A stretch of 64,000 nucleotides of DNA from contig OZ024740.1 in the NCBI GenBank assembly GCA_964016885.1, positions 41,044,001 to 41,108,000 of the forward strand, given 5' to 3'. The notes beneath the pieces are model-generated. The model was given only the letters and a program-made list of their open reading frames with translations, ran no database searches and was not told the origin of the DNA. This document shows, in pieces, positions 53,650 through 63,403 of this stretch. Within the stretch, counting starts at the first letter, position 1. Every line of letters starts with the position of its first letter. A program made the translations under genes and the position numbers. The stretch is from Eledone cirrhosa (Eukaryota).

Positions 53650-56177
53650 ACAATATAGAGGAGCAGTGGGAATTCCTGAAAGCAAACCTGCTGATGGCGG
53701 CAGACGAAGTCTGTGGCTGGAGCAGGCCTGTAGGCAGGAGGAGAGTAACATGGTGGTGGAACAGTAAGGTGGAGGGGTCAATTAAGGCCAAAAAGCAGGC
53801 TTGGAAAGTATAGCGGGATGGGGGAAGTAGAGAAGACTATCAAGTGGCCAGGAGGGAAGCTAGGAGACAAGTGTACTTCGCAAGAAGGGAAGCAGAGGAA
53901 AGAAAGTTCAAGCATGTTCTACAACGCGAGGACCAAAAACGTGAGGTGTTCAGGATTGCTAGGCAATGTGTCAAGGAAAACCGTGACATTGTCGGGGAGA
54001 AGTGTGTACTTAATGATGACGGCGTACTTGCCATCACCGACGCTGATAAGAAGGTAGCTTGGAAGTGTCACTATGAAAGGCTACTAAATGAGGAGAATAA
54101 ATGGGAGAAAGACAGTCTCCCCCACATCGACCCAATAGAGGGACCAGCAGTGTTAGTTGAGGGTAGTATAATAAGTAAGGCAATCAAGGATATGAAGACG
54201 GGTAAGGCGGCTGGGCCTTCAGAAATAGTTGCTGAGATGCTGAAGGCATCTGGCACGGTGGGACACACCATGGTCACGCGGATAGTTAACCAAGTCATAC
54301 AGAATGGGGTTGTTCCGAAGGACTGGCGTAGCAGCATCATCATTAACTGTTATAAGGGTAAAGGAGATGCCCTAGATAGGAGTAACTATAGAGGGATTAA
54401 ATTAATCGACCAGGTCATGAAGGTCACGGAAAAAGTAATAGCGCAACTAATCAGAGAGAGAATTGACCTCGATGAAATGCAGTTCGGGTTTATGTCAGGC
54501 AAAAGTACCACAGACGCTCTTTTCATTGTATGACAACTACAGGAGCAGTACCTAGCTAAAAGTAAACCTCTATACTTAGCTTTTGTCGACTTGGAGAAAG
54601 CCTTCGACAGAGTCCCCCGTTCCATTATCTGGTGGGCTCTTAGAAAACTAGGTGTTGACGAATGGCTTGTGAGAGCTATACAAACCATGTATAAAGAAAC
54701 AGTCAGCAAGGTTAGAATTAACAACGAATATAGTGAAGAGTTTAGCGTAAAAGTTGGCGTCCATCAGGGCTCTGTTCTCAGCTCCCTACTATTTATTATT
54801 GCCCTTCAGGCTATAACAGAGGAGTTCAAGACCGGCTGCCCATGGGAACTCCTATATGCAGATGACCTAACACTCATAGCTGAATCAATGGCCGAGCTAG
54901 AGAAGAAATTCCAAACATGGAAGCATGGCCTAGAATCAAAAGGCCTTAAAATTAACTTGGCTAAGACCAAAGTTCTAGTTTGTAGGAAAGAAAATAAGGC
55001 GGCGGTCCCTTCCGGGAAGTGGCCATGCTCAGTGTGTAGGAAAGGCGTAGGTAGAAACTCCATTTTGTGTCCCAAATGCAAAGTATGGGTGCATAAAAGA
55101 TGTAGTGGGATCACAGGTAAGCTAACTAAGAACATAGATTTTACATGTGCCCGGTGCTCTGGTGCAATAAGTAGCAGCAAGTGCCCACAAAATACTAGCT
55201 CTTTCAACTGCGCAGAGGGCTCTATAGAAATAGTGGACAGCTTCCGTTACCTGGGTGACAAAATCAGCAGTGGGGGAGGGTGCTCTGAAAGTACAGTAGC
55301 TAGAGTCAGAACTGGATGGAAAAAGTTCAGAGTGCTTATATCACTATTAGCCGCTAAAGGGTTCTCCCTAAAAATGAAAGGCAGGTTGTATGATGCCTGC
55401 ATACGAACAGCAATGTTGCATGGCAGTGAGACCTGGGCATTGTGTGCAGAGGATATATGCAGACTAGAGAGGAACGAAGCTTGCATGCTCCGCTGGATGT
55501 GTAATAGTAATATACGTGAACGGCAAAGCATAAACGAACTAAGGGAAAAATTAGAAATAAGAGGGATCAGATGTTGTTTACTCGAGAGAAGGCTACGTTG
55601 GTATGGTCACGTGATGCGCATGAAAGACGATAGCTGTATAACAAAGTGCAGGGCAATAAAGATAGACGGTAGCCACGGAGTAGGCAGACCCAGATAAACC
55701 TGGGACGAGCTGATAAATTCCGACCTCACACACTTACACCTCTCCAAGACAATGTCACTGGACCGAGACCTATGGCGGTACTCAGTAATAGAGAAGACCC
55801 GCCTTACCTAAATACAAAGTAAATCCTACTACAGTCAGTAGGCATCTCTAACAAAATACACCCCCGTCACACCGCCCCTTTCAATGTAAAGTTATGTTGG
55901 TGCCACAACATCCAGGACGAAACAAATGAGATCGTGTAGGTGTCACGACAAAAAAACACCCAGTCCACGCTGTAATGTGGCCGTGTAGGCAACACGGTAA
56001 AAACCTCCCAGCCCCACACTGTAAATGTGGTTGGTGTTAGGAAGGGCATCCAGCTGTAGAAAACCCGCCAGACAGTCCTATGCGAGCAAGACAATCACTC
56101 TTGCCTCAAGTCGGAAAATCCCCATCCAAACCCATGCAAGCGTGGAACACGGACGTTAAACGTTGATGATGATGGTG
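53650..56177 (+). mobile_element. 5'-truncated RTE-clade LINE: RT (YADD) with PHD-type insert, 3' UTR and (GAT)n tail; three in-frame stops
   Basis: One frame carries TWWWN, GKAAGPSEI, NYRGIKL, QFGF, FVDLEKAFDRV, GVHQGSVLS, LLYADDL, FRYLG and GRPR. Internal stops at ~53810, 54531 and 55695; natural stop at 55809-55811. Confidence 0.96.
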
Positions 56178-56499
56178 AAAGTATGTATCGGTCCCCTACA
56201 AACAATATGTCCCACTGTAGAGAAGTTTTACAGACATCAGCAATATATACCATACTTGAACTGAAGTATGAGTTGGTGTCTGGATGGCCATAGAAAATCT
56301 GCCTTAAAGGTCTCATCCAACCCATACAAGCATGGAAAAGTGGACATAAAAACAAGGTGACAATATTGTACATATGGATCTGTAATACATGGCAGAATCG
56401 AGGGGCACCAAAGTGACATATGATGTGTTTTGGCCATTCAAAACCTAGTGAAGCCCATCCCATCCCCTCCCCGGGACTGAACATGGCCAGTTTCTTCCA

Positions 56500-56790
56500 A
56501 AGAAGGAGAGAAAGACTGAGAAAGAGATATAGAGAAAGATTAGATCTCAGTACATGACTGGTACTTTTTTTATCGACCCCCGAAAGATCTTCTTGCGTAT
56601 GAGACTGTTGCTGTCTCAGATTATTGTTGTTCGTCTGATTGAGGTCAGTGTCCAGGGCCCACCACGGGGAGGTTGACAACTTGGGCCCCAGCTAAAAAGA
56701 GGAAAGGCAACGTTGACCTCAATGCGATATGAACTTGGAATGTGAAGAACTGGATACTACAAAGTTCTAATGGCTGCCAATTTACTGCCT
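56500..56790 (-). mobile_element. SINE (same family as 45306-45497) interrupted by a ~105-bp insertion
   Basis: CTGGTACTTTTTTATCGACCCCCGAAAG on one side of the insert and GAAAGGCAACGTTGACCTC on the other together restore the family core. Confidence 0.75.
56623..56689 (-). ncRNA. HDV-like self-cleaving ribozyme fold (P2 partly decayed)
   Basis: Minus strand: GGGGCCC(P1) AA GUUGUCA(P2) ACC(P3) UCCCCGU(L3) GGU(P3') GGGCCCU(P1') GG(P1.1) ACA CUGA-CCUCAA-UCAG(P4) ACGAA(J4/2) CAACAAU(P2'). Confidence 0.75.
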
Positions 56791-56859
56791 GATAACAATA
56801 TTACTGGTCTTTATTTTATCATCTTTATTGTTGAAATTTTGAAAAAATTCTCCAATTAT

Positions 56860-57056
56860 CGTATATAAGTGAAGAAATATGTGACAAAAAAAAAAATCAA
56901 TGGTAAAATGGAAGTGAGGTGGGTGTGCAACTTATTGAGGTCAATATTTTGTTGATTTTCACCAACTTCAAAATTCTACATAAATGGGGTGCTAAAATAT
57001 TTTCATTTTGGAGGTGATTATTACACCGGTTTCACTTTTGAGGTGAATATTACACT
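56860..57056. repeat. Dispersed repeat (DNA-transposon-like relic); second copy at 63410-63545
   Basis: Both copies share GTATATAAG..AGAAATATGTGA..AAAAA and GGGTGCT.AAATATTTT...GGAGGTGA.TATTACACC.GTTTC. Confidence 0.6.
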
Positions 57057-57399
57057 GATTACAGATCAACTGTATTCTCTTTTGACCATTTCTTCAGTTG
57101 TATTCCACTATATTGATAGGGTTATATGAACCTAGAGCATCTCCTAAGCTCCAAGAGGAATTTTAAAGTTGCTGTTTAGCTTAAGTTTCAAGGAATTAAA
57201 CATATAGGTCAAATCTCCACCTGGGTAGGATGTAAGTCTCTCATTGGCACCAACTCACCCAAGAGCATTATATATTTTTAACAGTTATGTAAGCTGAGCT
57301 GCCTAGAATTAAGTGTAGTTCATAAATACATGACTAAACATGCAGTCAATTTCAGCTCAATACATTTGAGTTGGTTGTTGGTATTTAATCACAGATTGA

Positions 57400-57503
57400 C
57401 ACTGATTGAGTAGACATATGATTGATTGTGCAGACATATGATTGATTGAGCAAATATATGATTGATTAAGAAAATATATGATTGATTATGTAGATATATG
57501 ATC
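57400..57503. repeat. 20-bp minisatellite (ATTGATTGAGCAGACATATG-like), about 5 copies
   Basis: Seen directly. Confidence 0.8.
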
Positions 57504-57814
57504 ATAGGTATATAACCTTCACTGCTTCATCTTCCTCTTGAGCATTACCTATTCAGATTACACCACTCAATGTTTCGTCCCCCTTTTTTCAGGACTGTAG
57601 AGTATAATTTGAGGGAGATTTTGCTGTTACTTCTAGCAATTTAAGTTGGGTCTCCCATGAATTGGTCACCCAGTACAGTATCCACTTGACCATCTTACTA
57701 CTTCATAGATAACTATGTTAATGATAGAATACAAATCATTGATCTCTTTGCTCCATCAATTCTCTTAGCTGTTTGCTCTACAATAAATAATCTATTCCAA
57801 TCTTTGTATTTCAG

Positions 57815-57893
57815 ATGCATGAGGACTTACTGATAGCTATTTCCAGTGCTCTAACACAGTGCCTACAGCGAGAAGAGATTCTAGAAAAAACTG
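57815..57893 (+). CDS. DESI1: DESI1-like exon (MHEDLLIAISSALTQCLQREEILEKT)
   Basis: tttcag|ATG...ACTG|gtaaca; phase 0 to 1. Confidence 0.82.
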
Positions 57894-58063
57894 GTAACAT
57901 ATTTATCATGCCATTGTATAATTCCTTGTTGTTTATCACTAGATCAACCCTATCAAACAGACCTATGATTAAAAGTCTTCCAAACATGACTATCCTGTCT
58001 TTTAGGGGTATGAGTACTATATTATCTAACGTCAGAGATATTTTGTAAAAGCCATTATAAAGA

Positions 58064-59574
58064 ACACAGAATCTGTTAGGAGCTTTTGGTAAAACTATCA
58101 CGAAGGCCACAGAATCTATTAGGAGCTTTTGGTAAAACTATCACGAAGGCCACAGAATCTATTAGGAGCTTTTGATAAAACTATCACGAAGGCCACAGAA
58201 TCTATTAGGAGCTTTTGATAAAACTATCACGAAGGCCACAGAATCTATTAGGAGCTTTTGATAAAACTATCACGAAGGCCACAGAATCTATTAGGAGCTT
58301 TTGGTAAAACTATCAGGAAGGCCACAGAATCTATTAGGAGCTTTTGGTAAAACTATCACGAAGGCCACAGAATCTATTAGGAGCTTTTGATAAAACTATC
58401 AGGAAGGCCACAGAATCTATTAGGAGCTTTTGGTAAAACTATCACGAAGGCCACAGAATCTGTTAGGAGCTTTAGGTAAAACTATCACGAAGGCCACAGA
58501 ATCTATTAGGAGCTTTTGGTAAAACTATCACGAAGGCCACAAAATCTGTTAGGAGCTTTTGGTAAAACTATCACGAAGGCCACAAAATCTGTTAGGAGCT
58601 TTTGGTAAAACTATCACGAAGGCCACAAAATCTGTTAGGAGCTTTTGATAAAACTATCACGAAGGCCACAGAATCTATTAGGAGCTTTTGGTAAAACTAT
58701 CACGAAGGCCACAAAATCTGTTAGGAGCTTTTGATAAAACTATCACGAAGGCCACAGAATCTATTAGGAGCTTTTGGTAAAACTATCAGGAAGGCCACAG
58801 AATCTATTGGGAGCTTTTGGTAAAACTATCAGGAAGGCCACAGAATCTATTAGGAGCTTTTGATAAAACTATCAGGAAGGCCACAAAATCTGTTAGGAGC
58901 TTTTGGTAAAACTATCAGGAAGGCCACAGAATCTATTAGGAGCTTTTGATAAAACTATCAGGAAGGCCACAGAATTTATTAGGAGCTTTTGATAAAACTA
59001 TCAGGAAGGCCACAGAATCTATTAGGAGCTTTTGATAAAACTATCAGGAAGGCCACAAAATCTGTTAGGAGCTTTTGGTAAAACTATCACGAAGGCCACA
59101 GAATCTGTTAGGAGCTTTTGGTAAAACTATCACAAAGGCCACAAAATCTATTAGGAGCTTTTGATAAAACTATCACGAAGGCCACAGAATCTATTAGGAG
59201 CTTTTGGTAAAACTATCACGAAGGCCACAGAATCTATTAGGAGCTTTTGGTAAAACTATCACGAAGGCCACAGAATCTATTAGGAGCTTTTGGTAAAACT
59301 ATCACGAAGGCCACAAAATCTGTTAGGAGCTTTTGATAAAACTATCACGAAGGCCACAGAATCTATTAGGAGCTTTTGGTAAAACTATCAGGAAGGCCAC
59401 AGAATCTATTAGGAGCTTTTGGTAAAACTATCACGAAGGCCACAGAATCTATTGGGAGCTTTTGGTAAAACTATCACGAAGGCCACAGAATCTATTAGGA
59501 GCTTTAGGTAAAACTATCACGAAGGCCACAGAATCTGTTAGGAGCTTTTGGTAAAACTATCAGGAAGGCCACAG
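58064..59574. repeat. 43-bp minisatellite (CACAGAATCTATTAGGAGCTTTTGGTAAAACTATCACGAAGGC), about 35 copies
   Basis: Unit and 43-bp period read directly; two degenerate longer copies follow, to ~59655. Confidence 0.97.
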
Positions 59575-59866
59575 CCTGAGACTTTTAATAAAACTATCAT
59601 ATCATATGAAGGTTATAGTGAAGAACCTTTGGTAAAACTATCATATCATGAGGGCGATAAACTATATCAGAGACATATGCTGTATGTTAATGGGGTCACA
59701 GATGAATATTTTGTTAAAGTTTAGTGCTTTGATCACACCCATCAATATTTAATTGGTGTTAATAAGCAATTGGGGAGATATTTCATAAAATATTTCTTCT
59801 ACAAATTTTTAGACACATTTCCAGCATATTTTGTATTCTATGATCAATTATATTTTGTATTTTCAG

Positions 59867-59916
59867 CCTTTCTTGGTTTACAAAGTCTCAAATGGTTTAT
59901 AAAGTTAAACGAAAGG
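59867..59916 (+). CDS. DESI1: DESI1-like exon (AFLGLQSLKWFIKLNER)
   Basis: ttttcag|CC...AGG|gtaagt; 50 nt, phase 1 to 0, exactly bridging its neighbours. Confidence 0.82.
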
Positions 59917-60039
59917 GTAAGTTTTAGTTGTATATCTCAATATTACAATAATTGTAAGAATCTAATATTTCAATTTTGATTACATTTACATGGATACATT
60001 TCAAAATTATTAATATTACATCACCATCATTGGCATTGT

Positions 60040-60240
60040 CATCACCATCCACCCACACACATATCCAGCCACACACCCATGCATCCATCCACCCACCCAC
60101 CCCTCCAACTCATCTAAAAACAGACCCACCCACACGTCCATATATCCACCCACCCACACATCCATCCAGACATCTACTCACCCACCAATTTATCTATCAA
60201 TCCAGCCACTCACTCATCCAGCCAGCCACCCACCCAACTC
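60040..60240. repeat. Degenerate (CCAC/CCAT)n tract
   Basis: Seen directly. Confidence 0.8.
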
Positions 60241-60517
60241 TACTAGTGTGGTCTAGAGAAGGACTAAGGAGTTCCTCTTTATATTAGTTTTTATCGTACT
60301 AGCTGTTTAGTGGGATCTAATGAAGGGCTAAGGTGTCCCCTTTATTCTGTATCAGTTTTATCATACCAGCTGTACTACAATGGTCAACAGAAGAATTAAG
60401 GTATCCTCTTTACTCTGTTAACGTATTTTATCACACTAGCTGTACTAGTGGGGTCTGGAGAAGGACTAAAGAGTTCCCTTTACTCTATATCTGTTTTTAT
60501 TCAGTTACTACTCAGCT
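60241..60517. repeat. Old ~68-bp tandem repeat, 4 diverged copies
   Basis: Recurring TACTAGTG.GGTCT..AGAAGGACTAA.GAGTTCC.TTTA...TTTTATC...TAGCTG. Confidence 0.75.
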
Positions 60518-60524
60518 AGACAGA

Positions 60525-61112
60525 TTGCCTCCACAATGGTTTGTGAAGTTAACATCTCTTCTGGTTGCCTCCACTGTGGTTTGTGAAGCCCACATCTCTT
60601 CTGGTTGCCTCTATTATGGTTTGTGAAGCCCACATCTCCTCTGGTGCCTCAACTATGGTTTGTGAAGCCAACATCTAGACTGATTGTCTCCACTGCAGTT
60701 TGTGGAGCCTACATCTCGGGTTGCCTCTTAAATGGTTTATGAAGCCCACATCTCTTCTGGTTGCTTCCACAATGTTTTATGAGGCCCACATCTCTGGTTG
60801 CCTCCACTGTGGTTTGTGAAGCCAACATTTAGACACATTGCCTCCACAATGGTTTGTGAAACCCACTTCTTCTCTGGTTGCCTCCACTGTGGTTTATGAA
60901 GCCCACATCTCCTCTGATTGCCTCCACAATAATTTGTGAAGTCCACATCTTTTCAGGTTGCATCCATTGTGATTTGTGAAGTCCACAACTCTTCTAGTTG
61001 CCTCCACAATAGTTTGTGAAGCTAACATCTCTTTGGGTTGCCTCCAGTGTTGTGTGTTAAGCCCACACCCTTTCTGGTTGCATCCATTGTGGTATGTAGA
61101 ACCAACATTTCT
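60525..61112. repeat. Diverged ~40-bp minisatellite (TTGCCTCCACTGTGGTTTGTGAAGCCCACATCTCTTCTGG), about 14 copies
   Basis: Seen directly. Confidence 0.9.
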
Positions 61113-61490
61113 TCTGTTTTTTTCTTGGCATAGTTTTTATGTGTGGATAATATACCTATTGCCAAACATTTTACATCATAGACTGGATGTATTTTATCTT
61201 ATGACAGGAACTGTAGAGATATTGTCCACTAGCACTAGAGTGTTCCATATATGGAAATATTAAGCCTTGCTCTCAAATAATTTAAAGTTATAAACCCTAG
61301 AAAATGTGTAGGCCTGAGTTGAAACCATGCCAAGGTCAGCTTTATTTTTTATCTTTCTGGCAGGGTTGATAAAATAAGTAATTGAAGTATCTTTGAACAT
61401 ATTTAATTTACCAAGCATTCTCTCTTACAAACATTGACAGTGTGACCCAAGAAGAAATCATTACTAATTCTATTTTCTTATTTTTCTCAG

Positions 61491-61607
61491 ATATGTGCCT
61501 TGGTTAAAATGATGGAGCTGAATTACCAAAGTCTTTCTCAGAAGTCTTCTCGTGTCAAAGAAACATGCATGCAGATAAATGATATCTTGAAACAACTAAA
61601 TGATTGA
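61491..61607 (+). CDS. DESI1: DESI1-like terminal coding exon (ICALVKMMELNYQSLSQKSSRVKETCMQINDILKQLND*)
   Basis: Strong pyrimidine tract and ctcag| acceptor; phase 0; TGA at 61605-61607. Confidence 0.85.
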   Translation: MCALVKMMELNYQSLSQKSSRVKETCMQINDILKQLND

Positions 61608-62168
61608 TCAGTACCATGTCAGACGTTTTAACATTTGTTATATAACACATTTAAATCCATTTATTTTAACCATCTACACGATAGATCATAAAGTCTGAAG
61701 CAGCTGTGTGTTTGATACAAATTACTGTCAACAAACTATAAGAATATGTAAAATATGTTATGATAGTTAAGTGATTTAATGGCAGTGAGTTGGCAGATAT
61801 GGTTGGGCTGGGATTAAATACTTAACTGTTTAGTTTCATGTCTGTATTCTGATCTGAAATGACATCAGAATCAACTTGGTCTAAACACATAATACAGCAT
61901 CACTATACACACAACTACTTAAACTAATTAGCTTGTCTCTTATTAAAAATTGTCATAACTATCTTGAAGAACAATTATTTAATTCATCTGTACAATATAT
62001 AAACTGATAAACGAAGGAGCACTATAACAGCTATAACAACATTCATTAACATCAACAACAAAAACAAGAAATAATGAAATATAAACTCCTGTTGTATGTT
62101 ATATAAACATTGTTATTCTGTTTTTTTAAAAGTAAATTCTATCTCTATGTTTACTCAATCCATCCATG

Positions 62169-62206
<38 letters not shown>

Positions 62207-62330
62207 ATGTATGTATATATGTTTGTATATCAAAGAGAATTTGTGAAATAGAATATTTTAGATTTTGTCATTGGAACAATTTCTTAAGTAACAATATATA
62301 TATATATATATATATATAAAGAAGAGAGAC

Positions 62331-62403
62331 GGTTTTAAATGTACATCCTCTGTTTGTTATATAATCCTGTTATATAACAAACAGAGGATGTACATTTAAA
62401 ACC
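62331..62403. repeat. Perfect inverted repeat: 34-bp arms, 5-nt loop
   Basis: GGTTTTAAATGTACATCCTCTGTTTGTTATATAA-TCCTG-TTATATAACAAACAGAGGATGTACATTTAAAACC. Confidence 0.95.
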
Positions 62404-62424
62404 ATATCTCTTTATAGTATCGAC

Positions 62425-62753
62425 ACATGTGTATGTATGTGTATATATATATATATATGTATAGGTGTATGTATGTATGTATGTATGTATGTATGTATGT
62501 ATCTATAGGTGTATGTATGTATAGGTATATGTATGAATGTATGTGTGTGTGTGTATATATATATATATATACATGTATATACATATATATATATATGTAT
62601 ATGTTTAAATGTTTGTGTATGTATATATATATATGTGTGTGTACATATGTGTGTATATGTGTGTATGTGTGTGTGTATATGTGTGTGTATGTGTGTGTGT
62701 ATATATATGTGTATGGATATGTTTGTATGTATGTAGGTATATATATATATATA
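62425..62753. repeat. Compound (TA)/(TG)/(TATG) microsatellite; similar tracts at 62169-62221, 62294-62318 and 63200-63400
   Basis: Seen directly. Confidence 0.9.
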
Positions 62754-62844
62754 AACAATGAGTTATTTGGTTTGTTGATTATTCAACAAAGTTAATTTTA
62801 CAACAGATTAGAAGCACTCAACAACATTTTATCTGGAGTATCAT

Positions 62845-63202
62845 TAATATCAATAATATTAATAAATGTAAAATATCTATATAAAATCATATTTATTTTA
62901 TTATACGTATTTCAAGGGTACTAATATTTAAGTACGCTTTCGTCAGATAAAATATAATAATTGGTGTAAAGATAGTGACATATCTTCATGTGAACTTCAT
63001 GTTATAAGTTCATTGAGGATAGTTATATAGTTATATACTTATACCATTAAGTTCACATGAAGATATGTCACTATCTTTACACCAATTATTATATTTTATT
63101 TGACGAAAGCGTACTTAAATATTAGTACCCCTTCAAATACGTATAATAAAATAAATATGGTTTTATAAAGATATTTTCCATTTATTAATATTATTGATAT
63201 TA
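62845..63202. repeat. Long foldback: ~165-bp arms, 27-nt loop
   Basis: 62845-63009 is the reverse complement of 63037-63202 with scattered mismatches, for example ...GGTGTAAAGATAGTGACATATCTTCATGTGAACTT / AAGTTCACATGAAGATATGTCACTATCTTTACACC. Confidence 0.95.
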
Positions 63203-63354
63203 TATATATATATATATATGTGTATGGATATGTTTGTATATATGTATATATATATACATATATATGTACATGTGTATGGATATGTTTGTATATATGTATA
63301 TATATATATATATACATATATATGTACATGTGTATAGATATGTTTGTATGTATG

Positions 63355-63403
<49 letters not shown>

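Larger units (their letters stand above)
31063..61607 (+). other. DESI1: Partial spliced gene model: DESI1/PPPDE peptidase with C-terminal extension; 9 coding exons, 1251 nt, 416 aa plus stop; 5' exons outside the window
   Basis: Nine AG/GT-bounded exons (110+123+202+139+191+240+79+50+117 nt) join with compatible phases into one uninterrupted frame ending in TGA at 61605-61607. Confidence 0.9.

Noticed and set aside
53844-55697. Active retrotransposon or host RT gene
   Set aside because: It lacks the endonuclease and 5' end and has three in-frame stops.
56634-56710. Hammerhead ribozyme on the plus strand (CTGATTGAG...GAAA)
   Set aside because: The core spacing is wrong and stems I-III cannot be built; the minus-strand HDV-like fold explains the sequence better.
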